Source of the DNA: a virus
Virus record (IMG/VR): IMGVR_UViG_3300003323_001224
Coordinates: 1 to 64,000 of that record
Length of the DNA stretch: 64,000 nt
Strand: one strand, 5' to 3'
Below, piece by piece: positions 10,546-22,500 of the stretch (positions are counted from its first letter, which is position 1; each line of letters starts with the position of its first letter). A program made the position numbers and the translations under genes. A model generated the notes under the pieces. The model had not been told where the DNA came from, made no database searches, and saw only the letters and a program-made list of their open reading frames with translations.

Positions 10546-11172
10546 ATGCATAAAATAATTTCTGCACAAAATAAAATCATCGTACAGATTGAAAAGAAGT
10601 TTTATGATACCGTTGCTGCACCGGGCGGCATGCAATTTTACCAGGACACTACATTTAATCCGCAAGAATTTTCGATGATCGAAGCTACCGTTGTGTCTCC
10701 GCGCCCTCGCTGTGTATTGAATCGCCACGATTATTTTGGTTTTAATGAATTTCCCAACACCGGCGATACTGTCATGGTCCGATATGACATGGTATACGCA
10801 TATGTTGATCAGCCAGATCGCGCTACCGCCATCCACAAAAACGTTATACTGCATAATGACCAGGAATATTGGCGCGCTGATATCCTCCAGGTATTTGCCG
10901 TAAAAATTAACAAAGGTTGGCGGATGCTGAATCAATACGTAATGTGTGATTTGGTTCAACAGAAGCGGGATATCGGTGAAGTATTGATACTGCCTGAGCA
11001 CCTACGCACGGAAATTAGGCGGGATATAATGCGCGTAAGGCACATTACCCATCCTGCCATTACCCCCGGCTCCATTATATATTGCGCACCCAATGCCGCC
11101 CAGCAGTATAAAATTGGACAAGACGAGTTTTATATCATTAAGCAATCCCACATCCAAGGCGTAGCAGTGTAG
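10546..11172 (+). CDS. GroES-like (duplicated fold) phage protein
   Basis: ATVVSPRP...GDTVMVRY and ITPGSIIY...FYIIKQSHI resemble Cpn10 strands. Confidence 0.4.
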   Translation: MHKIISAQNKIIVQIEKKFYDTVAAPGGMQFYQDTTFNPQEFSMIEATVVSPRPRCVLNRHDYFGFNEFPNTGDTVMVRYDMVYAYVDQPDRATAIHKNVILHNDQEYWRADILQVFAVKINKGWRMLNQYVMCDLVQQKRDIGEVLILPEHLRTEIRRDIMRVRHITHPAITPGSIIYCAPNAAQQYKIGQDEFYIIKQSHIQGVAV

Positions 11173-11177
11173 AATGT

Positions 11178-11247
11178 AGTGTCTGTTTCGGTCGGATTTT
11201 GATGGAATAGTCTCGCATCGATATAATCGACCGGATTAATTTCGTCC
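11178..11247 (+). promoter_or_regulatory. putative late promoter, copy 1
   Basis: AGTGTCTGTTTCGGTCGGATTT, then TAATTTCG (variant of Bacteroidota -7 TAnnTTTG) starting 59 nt after the motif start, then ATG 3 nt later; same geometry as the copy at 30147. Confidence 0.55.
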
Positions 11248-11931
11248 ATGGCGCTCGATGCGGATTATAAATTCCTAAATTTTTGGGTCAATAAAGAACA
11301 AGGTGCCTACTTCTCCTTTGAGGAACTTGACCTCATAGTGGACAGGGCGCAGATGTCTTTGTATAATGACTATTATAATAAGTTCGGAGCAAGCCAGCGC
11401 CTGAACGATGCCTTAGCTCCTTTTAAAAAGGAGTTTATCTTCACGCAAGCCACCTGTCCGGATGGGCTTATTCTACTTCCAGATGAGTACCAGAACCTCC
11501 TCAGCGTTCATACCATCGTTCAGGATGCCCGGACAGGCTTGCCGGTAAATCGGCCAGTCCCTATTCTTAATGAGGATGAAAAAGTAGCAAGAGACAATAG
11601 CCAGATCTATCCGCCCAGCTTATGGGACCCTTACGGTATGATCACAGTGAATTGGGACATCCAGCTCTATCCGCAAAGCGCCATGGCGGGAAAAGTTTTT
11701 TACTTACGCAGACCACAGGCGCCATTTTATGCTTATTACATTGTAAGTGGACGTGTCCCCGTCTATGACCCCGTTAATTCGGTGCAATTGGAATGGGCAG
11801 AGAAGGATAAGGACTCTATTTTGATCAAAGCCCTTTCCTATCTAGGCATCAACATCAGCGAACAAGACATTATTCAATACGCTGAAATGAAAAGCGGCCA
11901 GAACCTGAGTAATTCACCAGATAAAATATAG
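11248..11931 (+). CDS. tail ring/adaptor protein (crAss-like)
   Basis: Size, position, and FYLRRP / ALSYLGINI motifs. Confidence 0.55.
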   Translation: MALDADYKFLNFWVNKEQGAYFSFEELDLIVDRAQMSLYNDYYNKFGASQRLNDALAPFKKEFIFTQATCPDGLILLPDEYQNLLSVHTIVQDARTGLPVNRPVPILNEDEKVARDNSQIYPPSLWDPYGMITVNWDIQLYPQSAMAGKVFYLRRPQAPFYAYYIVSGRVPVYDPVNSVQLEWAEKDKDSILIKALSYLGINISEQDIIQYAEMKSGQNLSNSPDKI

Positions 11932-11933
11932 GT

Positions 11934-12599
11934 ATGGCTACTACGAAATACCGATTGGCTGAGGAAATTATGCTGCTACTAAATGGCGGTAGAATCGGGG
12001 ATGCTTCCAAGTACCATATTCGCGAAATTATTATATCCGTATGCCAGGCGGCGAACCAGTTATTGAAATTAGAATATTTCAACACAACATTACCGATAGG
12101 AGAGATGATTCCCAGCGGTGCGGCAATTGCTACGTATGAAAATATTCTTGTGAAAAAATGGAGCAACACTAGTATGATAACGCTGCCTGCTATGCCATTG
12201 CGGCTACCTCGCAACATAGGCGTTTATCAAATCTTTCCGCAATCGGACTATTTCGCAGAATTTATTCCGATGAAATTGGAGCAGGCGGGATTGATCCGAT
12301 CGCAAGGTATCGTTAATGATTTATCTGGATACATCGGCTATGAAACGGCGGGTCTTGATGTCATATTCACCAAAGATTTGACGCTGCCCAATACAGACGT
12401 TTATGTGTCGGTGCGATTAGTGATATTGGATTTCACGCAATATGGAGATTGGGACCCGTTGCCGCTACCACCGGAAATGGAATGGCAGATCAAGCAGGAA
12501 GTAGTGAAGCTATATAGTATTGAAAAAATTCCGGATAAACTCGTTGAACCATTGGTCAAAGAGGGCAACGTACCTACTACGCAACAACAGCAAACATAA
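11934..12599 (+). CDS. tail ring protein
   Basis: Position between ring and muzzle genes; PLPLPPEM motif. Confidence 0.5.
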   Translation: MATTKYRLAEEIMLLLNGGRIGDASKYHIREIIISVCQAANQLLKLEYFNTTLPIGEMIPSGAAIATYENILVKKWSNTSMITLPAMPLRLPRNIGVYQIFPQSDYFAEFIPMKLEQAGLIRSQGIVNDLSGYIGYETAGLDVIFTKDLTLPNTDVYVSVRLVILDFTQYGDWDPLPLPPEMEWQIKQEVVKLYSIEKIPDKLVEPLVKEGNVPTTQQQQT

Positions 12600-12685
12600 A
12601 AAACCCGCTGATTAACTGGCTCAGCGGGCGAAGCCTTTGCTGATCTATTACCAATGGTAAAGACACGACAAATATAATAATTTTT

Positions 12686-13447
12686 GTGGTCTACCAAAGC
12701 CTTGATAATATTACCCGTTCATTGCTTTTGCAAAAAGGCTTGCCGTTGCATTACTATCTGCAATTTTTAAAGTATTGTGCCGATGGGTTCAGGGAGCTGT
12801 GTATTGACAGCATGAGAGCGATCAATACAAAAATTATTACTATTGATCGGCGCAATATGGCAGCGGATCTTCCATGCGATTACATCGATTGGATAAAGGT
12901 GGGCGTTCCGCAAGGCCAGTTTGTGCAGCCGTTGGTCCAACGAACATCTATAAACAGGTTGACTAAATATACGACAACTGGACAGCCAACAACCTACGGG
13001 ACGCCCAACACAGTAAATATGGACTTCCCCTTCTGGCCCGGGTACTGGATGTTTCAAAACATCGACGACCTGGGAGAGAACGTAGGTCGCTTATTTGGTT
13101 ATAATACAGCATTTACCTCCAACAGCTTTAAAGTCATTCCCGAACGGGGGCAGATACAGTTGAACGAGGCCATTAACGCAAATGTAATTGTACTGGAGTA
13201 CATCAGCTCAGGCATGACCATTGACAACGTAACGAAAGTAGACCCACTTTGTCAGGCGTGTTTAGAGGCATATATGGATTGGAAATACAAGCAACATTCT
13301 ACGCGTTTTTCTCAAGGCGAGGCAGAAGCAGCGTTCCAACATTATAAAATAGAATATCGGCGGTTTAGAGCACGAAAAAATGAGCTTACTCCCTATGACA
13401 TTCGAAATATCATTTATAAGAATTATATAGCAGCTCCCAAAACATAA
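12686..13447 (+). CDS. tail ring protein
   Basis: LPCDYIDWIKVG and VIVLEYIS motifs; position. Confidence 0.5.
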   Translation: MVYQSLDNITRSLLLQKGLPLHYYLQFLKYCADGFRELCIDSMRAINTKIITIDRRNMAADLPCDYIDWIKVGVPQGQFVQPLVQRTSINRLTKYTTTGQPTTYGTPNTVNMDFPFWPGYWMFQNIDDLGENVGRLFGYNTAFTSNSFKVIPERGQIQLNEAINANVIVLEYISSGMTIDNVTKVDPLCQACLEAYMDWKYKQHSTRFSQGEAEAAFQHYKIEYRRFRARKNELTPYDIRNIIYKNYIAAPKT

Positions 13448-16400
13448 TGCAGCACGAAAAAAATTATTGGGAAGGATTATTGAATGCGGACGATGGCGAT
13501 GCATTTATACAGCTTACCGAATATATAAACTGTACGGATTTTCGTTTTGGCATCTTACCAGATCAAAACGTTTCCAAACAGTTACAAGCCAACGGAGGGA
13601 CTGCCTTAATTCCTAACGCTGGTCTACCATCTGGTGAAAATATAACAATTGGTATTGCTTATGATGACCCTCATAAGCGTACAGTGTATTTTACGTGGAA
13701 CAGCTTAGCGGAACATTGCATATGGTGTTTCGATCAATACGCCGGTGTGATATATAAGATACTGTCTAGTTCGCAGGTGACGGGGGGGCTGTCATTCGAT
13801 AAAGATCACTTGATCCATTCAGCAAGAGTCGCAAATGGATGTGTGTACTGGACCGACGATCTCAATGAGCCTCGTCGTATAAATATTGATGCAGGGATCA
13901 AAATGAACCAATCCGGCTACATTACATCAACGATGCCGTACATCTCGCCTCTTTCCCAAGCGATAATAACAGTAATCAGGAGGCAACCCGGGCTTCCGCC
14001 CAATGCGATCCCATTTACCTCTTCCGTTCTCGCGGATCGGACAGGTTTAGAATCATTTACCTTTTCATATCGTTACATTTATAGGGATTATGAATCATCT
14101 ACACTGTCTGCACAATCATCCGCAGTCTTGTTTAATTCGGATGGCAATCCGAATAATGCAATCAATGCTTCGATTCCTTTTGCAGAACATATAGATCAGG
14201 ACGTTATTGAGATCGATATGGTGGCTAACTACCTGGTGACAGGGGGCGCCTTTATCATTCATTCCTGGAGGAAATCGATAGCCTCAGATGCTGCGGAAAT
14301 AGCAGCTCATAATAACGGTACGACCCCGTTAACCTACTTGTTTTACAATAATACGGCTGGGATCGCGCTTGATCTGGCTTATGCAAACAAGATCTTCGAT
14401 GTAGTACCTATTGCATCAAAGACGCTGGAACTGGCAAAGAATAGATTATATTTCGCAAATATTCTCACCGGGTATACATCGCCTACAACAACCTCGCTTA
14501 ATTTCGCGCCAATAACCATAGATTTTGATGGGAGCGGTTCAGTTATTACGGGGGAATGGTTCTTATTGAAATACGTAACATTTACAGGGTTTGTTTCGAC
14601 TTATGTTCTTCAGACCACGCACAATTTTATTGAATATCCTCCCGGTGCGGTTCAAATATTTACCTGGAGTACGACCGTACCCCCCTTCCCAACGAGCGTA
14701 AATTTCACCGATTTGACTTTCAGGGGCAATTCTCCATTTCAAGCTGCCAAGAGCCTAAACTCGGCTGCGTTAGCTGTTGCTTCTTATATAGACCAGGGAC
14801 GTTCCTCTAATATATTGAGTGCACCAAGCCCTAGTAATAACTTTGGCACCGTATTCAAATCAAATGCTCAATATCAGATCGCGATTCATTTTAAGGATAA
14901 CTATGGCAGAGAATGCGGTGCCGTGACACTACCGGCATTTACATTGAACACACCTGATACAGGTTTAACTACATCGACTTTCTATAAATATATAACGTGG
15001 TCATTGAGTAATGCAAACGCGGTGAATGAAATACCTGATTTTGCTTATTACTATTCCATAGATATTACCAAGTGCTTACGCACCAGATTTTTTGTGCAAT
15101 CGTTAGGAGCCATGATATACGCTGCCAAGGATGCAGATGGAAACTACACATTCACAACGACAACTTATTCATTACAAAATTTTGGAATAGCCATTGATCT
15201 CACCATACTCAATGCGTACGGTATGGGATATTTATTTACGCAAGGCGATTTTGTTGAACTATATGTCAACGGTAACCTGCAAGTGCTGCCGGTCATAGCG
15301 CAGTCGGCTCAATACGTTATTTGTAAGTTAGCCGATGTAGGCACGCTTAGTCCTGCAACAGGGATATTTGAAATTTACACCCCATATCAATCGCAAGCCA
15401 ATGAGCCTTTTTTTGAACAGGGGCAACTATATACCATATTAAATCCTGGAACGCCCAGCAAAATGTATAGTGCCGTTTCGGGCAACTTATCCGGGGATGT
15501 AACGATTTTGAGGCGCGACAACAGCGGTGCTATCTATTTCACAGAGGCTATGAGCCCGCAGGATAAGATGTATAAATACTGGTTTACCAATGCAGGACGC
15601 CCCATTTTCGTAGATTATATTGGGCAGGTCAGAAAAACAAGTTCTTATCAATTCAGTAATACATTCATTGCAGGTTCGCAAAACAATGGGTTATCGACTT
15701 TCGATGCATTGGATAGTGGGGATATCGGTTCTGACTTCGGCGCCATTCAAAAGCTACAATTAAGCAGCAAAGTGCAGAAGATCGGTTCCGTGATGCTGGC
15801 TATCTGCGATGGGCCGGCGACGGCTTCGATGTACCTGGGAGAGAATACACTTATTAGCCAAACAGGGGATGCGGTAGTGGCACAAGCGAATACGGTAGTG
15901 GGCAGTATACATGAATTAAAAGGGGCATTCGGTACACTGCATCCGGAAAGCGTGTTGGAATTTCGAGGTAATATTTATTGGTTCGATGTACAAAACGGCA
16001 AAGTTGTACAATATGCTGAAAATGGTTTATTCGCAATCAGCAATTACAAGATGAGTCGTTTTTGGAAGTTGTTCAGTGATCAATATAAAGCAATGACTGC
16101 TGAACAGATTGAGGCTTTAGGGAATAGACCTTTTATCTTTTCATGCGTGGACCCTCAATCTGAAGATCTGCTTTTTTCCGTGCCAAAGGTATTGCAGTCG
16201 GCCCCAAATGGAAATCTTCCGGACTATCCCAGCATTCCATATCCCTTCGATATTTACGATGGAATCGGGAAAACATTGGTCTATAAATTAACAGCGCAAC
16301 CGAATCGATGGCAGGGGTCATATAGTTTTCAACCAGATTACATGTTTTACCTGGGAAATGAATTGTATTCATTTAAAAATGGGGAGTTGTACATCCATAA

Positions 16401-16803
16401 CCAACAGCAGAACTACTGCCAATATTATGGCGTTCAATACTTCCCCGCTGTTATGTTTTTATGCAACCAGCAATTGAACAAACCCAGGCTTCCGAAGAAT
16501 ATCAGCGCGGAAGCAAACAAGCCCCCGTCTTTTGTATACCTTATGACGCGCTACCCCTATATCCAGGCTACGGATGCTTTAAGTTCAGATTTTGTGAACA
16601 AAGAAGGAATATTCTATGCCGATGTGATGAGGAATAAATTAGATCCGCGCTTCAACAATGAGTATGGGAAGGCGTTGGTTGCCGGTGAGGAACTTAGAGC
16701 TACGGCCATCTATGTAATGGCGCAATGGGATGCTACACAGGGCAACATACAGGTAAAATTTTTCAACATCTCCTATGCGCTTAGTCTGGGACAACCAGTA
16801 TGA
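13447..16803 (+). CDS. tail muzzle/stabilisation protein (P22 gp10-like, crAss-like)
   Basis: 1118 aa; YWTDDLNEPRRINI, NRLYFAN, GAIQKL, HPESV..GNIYWFD and FVNKEG motifs. Confidence 0.7.
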   Translation: MQHEKNYWEGLLNADDGDAFIQLTEYINCTDFRFGILPDQNVSKQLQANGGTALIPNAGLPSGENITIGIAYDDPHKRTVYFTWNSLAEHCIWCFDQYAGVIYKILSSSQVTGGLSFDKDHLIHSARVANGCVYWTDDLNEPRRINIDAGIKMNQSGYITSTMPYISPLSQAIITVIRRQPGLPPNAIPFTSSVLADRTGLESFTFSYRYIYRDYESSTLSAQSSAVLFNSDGNPNNAINASIPFAEHIDQDVIEIDMVANYLVTGGAFIIHSWRKSIASDAAEIAAHNNGTTPLTYLFYNNTAGIALDLAYANKIFDVVPIASKTLELAKNRLYFANILTGYTSPTTTSLNFAPITIDFDGSGSVITGEWFLLKYVTFTGFVSTYVLQTTHNFIEYPPGAVQIFTWSTTVPPFPTSVNFTDLTFRGNSPFQAAKSLNSAALAVASYIDQGRSSNILSAPSPSNNFGTVFKSNAQYQIAIHFKDNYGRECGAVTLPAFTLNTPDTGLTTSTFYKYITWSLSNANAVNEIPDFAYYYSIDITKCLRTRFFVQSLGAMIYAAKDADGNYTFTTTTYSLQNFGIAIDLTILNAYGMGYLFTQGDFVELYVNGNLQVLPVIAQSAQYVICKLADVGTLSPATGIFEIYTPYQSQANEPFFEQGQLYTILNPGTPSKMYSAVSGNLSGDVTILRRDNSGAIYFTEAMSPQDKMYKYWFTNAGRPIFVDYIGQVRKTSSYQFSNTFIAGSQNNGLSTFDALDSGDIGSDFGAIQKLQLSSKVQKIGSVMLAICDGPATASMYLGENTLISQTGDAVVAQANTVVGSIHELKGAFGTLHPESVLEFRGNIYWFDVQNGKVVQYAENGLFAISNYKMSRFWKLFSDQYKAMTAEQIEALGNRPFIFSCVDPQSEDLLFSVPKVLQSAPNGNLPDYPSIPYPFDIYDGIGKTLVYKLTAQPNRWQGSYSFQPDYMFYLGNELYSFKNGELYIHNQQQNYCQYYGVQYFPAVMFLCNQQLNKPRLPKNISAEANKPPSFVYLMTRYPYIQATDALSSDFVNKEGIFYADVMRNKLDPRFNNEYGKALVAGEELRATAIYVMAQWDATQGNIQVKFFNISYALSLGQPV

Positions 16804-16886
16804 AGAAAGCCGCATGGATATGCGGCTCGATTTAGTGTAATGGTTCTGAAACCACTATAGACTGAAGCAAATGTACAAAAAAAATC

Positions 16887-17609
16887 ATGAACCCACTCAG
16901 CTTGCTCAACTTAGGTGTAGGAGGCATAGGCGCCATTGGCGGTCTTGTCAATATGTTCGGCAGCGGCAACAAGCTGGCGTCGCTGTATAAACAGGACCCC
17001 ACCTACACGGCTAACCCCATCGCCAACCAACGCATGGGGATGGCGCAGACCCTGCTGAACGCCCGCATGCCTGGGGCTACAGCGATGGAGCGTAATATAT
17101 ATGGTAATCAGGCAAATCAATTAGCTAATGTCAACAGAAATGCGACAGATGCCAGCCAGGCTCTGGCGTTAGGTGCCGCTGCACAAGGGCAAACGAATCA
17201 GGCATTTCAAAATCTGGGCACACAGGAACAGCAGGACTATTATAATAGGTTGCAGAACCTAACCAGTGCACAGCAAGGGGTGATCGCTGAAGGGGATAAG
17301 GTGTATCAAGATAAAGTACGGCGCTTTAACGACTTGGCTTCGTTGAAGGGCGCGCAGATGCAGAATACACAGAACGCATGGAACAGTCTGGCCAATCTGG
17401 GATTTGGCGCTGCCGGCATATCTTCTATGTGGGGTGGGGGCGGCGCTGGTGGCAATAACAGAATGGTAAATCCTTCTGCCGCAGCTAATAGTTTCATGGG
17501 CATGAATCCGGCTGCAACTGGCAATTCTGTTGGCGGGAGTTATGCGCCCGGCTGGATAAACCCCTATGCAGCTCAAGGCATGAATCCTACGTGGATGCAA
17601 CAATTTTAA
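16887..17609 (+). CDS. putative internal virion/ejection protein
   Basis: Rich in G/A/Q/N with hydrophobic ends; position. Confidence 0.55.
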   Translation: MNPLSLLNLGVGGIGAIGGLVNMFGSGNKLASLYKQDPTYTANPIANQRMGMAQTLLNARMPGATAMERNIYGNQANQLANVNRNATDASQALALGAAAQGQTNQAFQNLGTQEQQDYYNRLQNLTSAQQGVIAEGDKVYQDKVRRFNDLASLKGAQMQNTQNAWNSLANLGFGAAGISSMWGGGGAGGNNRMVNPSAAANSFMGMNPAATGNSVGGSYAPGWINPYAAQGMNPTWMQQF

Positions 17610-17613
17610 GAAG

Positions 17614-19512
17614 ATGGCACTTAATGCGAATGAATTTATTTTACCCGGTTTTGGCGGCGGCGATCCAGCTGCCGCGCTCCAGACCTTCGGCAATAAGCTG
17701 TATTTGAGGAATATGCAGGCTGAGCGACTTCGCCTTGCTAAAGAAGGTAAGCGTCAACAGGCTGGCAAGTTCCTAGAGGACTACCTTTCACCTAAAGACT
17801 ATTTGACGGGAACCGCCTATGATCCGGTCATCAACCAGGGATTACAAGCTGCATTACAGCACGGGGCTGCATTAGCTGAGCAGGGGGCGGATATACCGCA
17901 GCTGTTGACGCAGCTTGGCCCCATGATGGGGCAGATTACTGAGTACAGTACAAAAGCAAAAGCGATCAATAGTCAAATTGACAATCAGATTAAAGAAATG
18001 CGGGCCATGGGTTATGCGGGTCATGACTATATGAAAGTGGCGGACATGGCCCGTAAAATGGCCTTTCATCAGTTCGACCCAAATACGGGACAAGATGTAG
18101 GGCTAAATGAAATTTCCAAGGTTGACCCATCGGTAAATTGGGTGCAACGTGCAATTCAGGAACATCCGGAAGAGGTGACAACGGCTGAAGGGCTAGACCA
18201 GTATGTGAAGAATTATCCGCAGGTAAAAAACTCTACGGATGCAACGACTTATACGCCTAGTGGACAAATGAGTCGGAATAAAGTGAATCTCGTTGGACAG
18301 GGCTATTTGCAACCGGAGGTAGATGAAAGAGGAGTTGTAACAGGGTTAGTGCCCGCCTACGAGCATGCAACAGATCAGGGACAACCTATTTTGCACGACT
18401 TCGTAAATAATGAAGGCAAGCATGTAACTGCTCCTGTCCGTTTATTGGATGAGGGATACTTCAATGAAGCAGTAAGTCATAAAGGCATCGGCGATTGGCT
18501 GAGAGGACAGGTCAAACAACATCTTAATGAATACCAAACACGCACCGGTCAGCCTATAGACATGAATAGCGTGCAAGCGCATCAGGTAGCGAGGGCTATA
18601 ATGTACGATGAACTGAAGCGCCGCTCTCCCGGCAGCATCCAGTACCAGGATGTCATTGGTAAACCCAGCGCCGCGCAGGTTCAACTGAACACGTTTGGCG
18701 ATAAGCGGCAGCAGGCATACGACAATACGATGGGGAAAATGGATGCTTATAATGAATTGGGCATCCCTTACCCTGGAGCGACAAAGAGTGAAAAACCTTT
18801 GAATCCCATTGAGACAATACACCAGTTGTTCAAAAATAATGAAAACTATCTCACAGGAGATTTTGAAACAATTAATGGCCATGACGTGATAGATGTAACA
18901 CCGAATTTCAAAGGGGGGCTTTTCAAATTTGGAAAAGGGCAAAGTGGAACTTACTCTCATGTTTACTTTGACCCACGTCGTCGTAAATTAATGTTAGAAG
19001 ACGCTGAGGGGGGTAAGATTGTCGAACAGGGCGAACAAGGGTTAAAGGAATTCGCTAAGAAAATTGCAGCTGTGAATAATGTAAATCCAGATGTTGTAGA
19101 TCCAAGCTTTAGAAATGCTGGGTATAACAATAAAAATCAGACATATTCGAATACAGATTTGCCTGCTGCTATACAACAGCGATATACAGATCTTGCAAAT
19201 GAAAGAGAAGCGAAAATAAATAAGAGTATTGATGATTTTATAACCAATAAAAATTGGGATGCCTTGAAGGGGATTAAAACCCCTCAAGGAAAAATCACAG
19301 ATGTCAGTAGCGCATGGTATGGCGGTAAGTACAAAATAGAATATAAGGACAAGAATGGCACTACACAGGTAAAGCGAATTAAAGATAAGGCAGAGCTTGA
19401 GCAGTTTATTAAGGGAACAATAAGCACTTCTCAACCAGCAACCGCAGTAAAATCGGATAGCACATCCAAAAAAGAACCTTCGGATATAGACCTCATTAAT
19501 AAATATCGGTAG
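17614..19512 (+). CDS. putative ejection protein
   Basis: 632-aa helical ORF in the ejection block. Confidence 0.5.
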   Translation: MALNANEFILPGFGGGDPAAALQTFGNKLYLRNMQAERLRLAKEGKRQQAGKFLEDYLSPKDYLTGTAYDPVINQGLQAALQHGAALAEQGADIPQLLTQLGPMMGQITEYSTKAKAINSQIDNQIKEMRAMGYAGHDYMKVADMARKMAFHQFDPNTGQDVGLNEISKVDPSVNWVQRAIQEHPEEVTTAEGLDQYVKNYPQVKNSTDATTYTPSGQMSRNKVNLVGQGYLQPEVDERGVVTGLVPAYEHATDQGQPILHDFVNNEGKHVTAPVRLLDEGYFNEAVSHKGIGDWLRGQVKQHLNEYQTRTGQPIDMNSVQAHQVARAIMYDELKRRSPGSIQYQDVIGKPSAAQVQLNTFGDKRQQAYDNTMGKMDAYNELGIPYPGATKSEKPLNPIETIHQLFKNNENYLTGDFETINGHDVIDVTPNFKGGLFKFGKGQSGTYSHVYFDPRRRKLMLEDAEGGKIVEQGEQGLKEFAKKIAAVNNVNPDVVDPSFRNAGYNNKNQTYSNTDLPAAIQQRYTDLANEREAKINKSIDDFITNKNWDALKGIKTPQGKITDVSSAWYGGKYKIEYKDKNGTTQVKRIKDKAELEQFIKGTISTSQPATAVKSDSTSKKEPSDIDLINKYR

Positions 19513-19518
19513 TAGCAA

Positions 19519-22500
19519 ATGGCAGAAGAGGAGATTATAGCATCCCCAGAAGAAGAGCAGCAAGTCGATGACCAGCCTCAAGGCCCTGGTCCAGGCCCTC
19601 AATTACCTGAAGCTAATCAAAGGGAGCTGGCCAATATAATACGAAAGATGCAGGCGGATAATATTCCGGACGATAGGATCAAGTCAGTTGTGCATACTTA
19701 CTATAGCAAATATGCAACAGCCCCTATTGAGCAACCGAACTATAGACAGATCCCCCGAGAACAAAGACGCCAGGAGGGCGTAACTCCCACTCAGCAAACT
19801 GAACAGCGCTTGGATATCAGCCAAGATCCGAACGCTGTCGCCCGCAGGGAACGATATGGTAACATGCGCAAGCAGGCCATCCAGGAAATAGAAAGTCCCG
19901 AATGGCAGAAAAAGATATTTGGGGGCGAAAGACCCGCATTGACAGATTATCCGGATATGCCCGTGCAGGCTTTTCAAAAAGTAAATCCAAAAGCGCTGGA
20001 TGAGTATCTCAATACGGTTGATCTCGACCCTGCTAATAAATATTGGCTACGCAATCAGCTATTAAATTATGGTAAGTTCCGCCAGTCGCAATTTTATGTT
20101 GAGCAAAGAGCAAAGGCAAAGATTGACGCTATGCCGGAAGCCGATCGTAATAATGAGGTGCTTGTCAATAAGGCCTATCAACAAGCTTCTCAAGAATTTG
20201 ACAAGCATGAGACGGATGCGATAGCTAATAGGCTTAATAATATCGGCCTGGATGACAGACCGCTGCGAGGTTCATCGCCCTTTCACGATCAGATCACCGG
20301 GGCTAACAAGGCGCTTATGGGGGTTATGAATTATGCTGCTGACTTGGGACAGCAGGTAAGCTCCATCTTGGAGCTGGGGCATGTGCCTGGATTAAGCGAT
20401 TTAGGGTACAAGCTCAAAACAACTGCTGATAATCTAAAAGCCAAAAATGAAATTCCGCAAAATGGGGAAGCAGGGAATTTACTTGCTGGAGAAATTCTTC
20501 CCATGGCGTTGGATATGGAAGCGCTCCGTAGGCTAACGGGAGCAGCGGGAAGACCATTATATCGTTCACTAGCGGGAGCAAGAGCTTCCGGGACATTAGG
20601 CAAATTCGCCGAGGGGGCTTTAGGAGGGGTGGCGGTAAGCCCCGTGAATAGTTATATCATCGCCCATCAATACTATAATGATCTGGTTAAAAACGGGGAA
20701 GAGCCTGGCAAAGCGGCTACGAAGGCCGATCAGCTGCTGGGTAAAAACCTGGCGACGGACATGCTAATGACGCCATTGCAAATGGGCTTGTTGAAAATAC
20801 CGGCAGGAAACTGGATTAAGAAAGCATTGCTCGTTGCTCCAGCTGAAGGGGTTGTCGCCGGCACCCATTTCACTTTACAGGATTTCAATCAAAAGAGCAC
20901 AGAGAATCCGGCCATGCATATCATGGATTACCTGGGAAATGGAGAATGGAAAAGTCCTTTCATAACTGGCGCAGCTTTGGGAATGCTCCAGAAGAGCGCT
21001 GTCGATGCGATGGAAAACTGGAGTGTGAATTCCGAAAGCAGGAATATGTTTTCGTTTGGTCGCCAATATGGCGGCGATGTGCGCCGTAGTCTCCCCAGCA
21101 ATGAAACGATAGCGAACAATGTACTTGCCGCTATGGAGATAAAAGATGTGCCTAGAAGGACCAATGAATTAAAGGAGCTTACCAATACGTTGCACGAAGA
21201 GGGCATCTACTCCAAGAAAGAACTGGACATTGTTGATGGGATTATAGATGATGTGAGCGCCGTAAAAGATAAGGTGCCAAAATTTGGCTCACCGCAGCAG
21301 CGAATGGCGGTATTTAATGAATTACTCAACATCCATTCTACAGAGAAATTTCTTGCTCAAGCCGGAAACGAGGCGGGCGAAAAATACATTAATGAATTCA
21401 ATAAAGCAAGTCAGGCCCGCATTCAGCGCATTTTAGCCGGTGAAGAACCATTGTATTTTATTAACGGCAATGAAACAAACAAAGAGCAATTGTTAAGAGC
21501 ATTGAATGAAAACCCGGAACTACTCGAAAGCAAAGGTGTAAAAATTGATATTCATAACGACCCTACTACGATAAAGCAAATTGAACAATTAAAAACGGAA
21601 AGAGATGCCATTCAAAAGCAAAGCGCAACAGCGCCTGATGTTCGCCCTGCATCCGACAATAGCGAAGCGATGGGCGGACGAAATGAAGGCGAACGGCCAG
21701 TCGATCAAGAAGCTGCCGGAGAAGAAACAGGAGAAGAAGAGCTGAATAAAATGCCTGGAGCAGATAAAGTCGCTGAAGAAATAGACAGCGGCAAGATTAC
21801 CGATGATGACCTGTTACGCACTATACAATCGTCTATCAATGAAACACAACAATCATTACAGGAACTTCCTGAAGGCGCTCCAGCAGAAGCCGGAGGTGAT
21901 CAAACTAATGGAGGGGTTGGACAGGGAAGCGAGACGGAGGGTGCTGCATCAGTCCTTCCTGAAACTGGCGAAAGGGCAACACCTGGAGACCAGGATACAG
22001 GCACCGAACCCCTATCCAGTGATACAGGCACCGCAGACGAGGCTGGGGTAGTACAAGAGGCGGGCATGCCATCCGCCTACATTCCGGAGTTTTATGAACA
22101 GGATGTAAAACCAACACTCAAAAACATCTCTGAGAATATTAGCGATGCCTATAACCTACTGAAAAGGGCCTATGATCCTCGTGCCGGTGTTTCAGAAAAG
22201 GCGTTGACGCATATCATGAAGGCGCTGGGCGATCGCAACCACGTTATGGCGATAATGGATGCCGGAATGCGCTCTTTTGAAAAGATGTTTAATAAAATGC
22301 CTGATCAGGATCGGATCGATTTTATTGATCGCATGAAGCGCGGTGTGCCACAGGCGACGCCAGAGCTGGATAAAGTGGCAAAGCTGATTCGCGGGTTGGA
22401 TGACGCGCTGTATTCGGAGCTAAATAAATTCAAGGCGAATATACCATGGAAAGAAAATCACTTTCGGGTATTATGGAAAGAGATCCCTGGTTCAAAAAGC

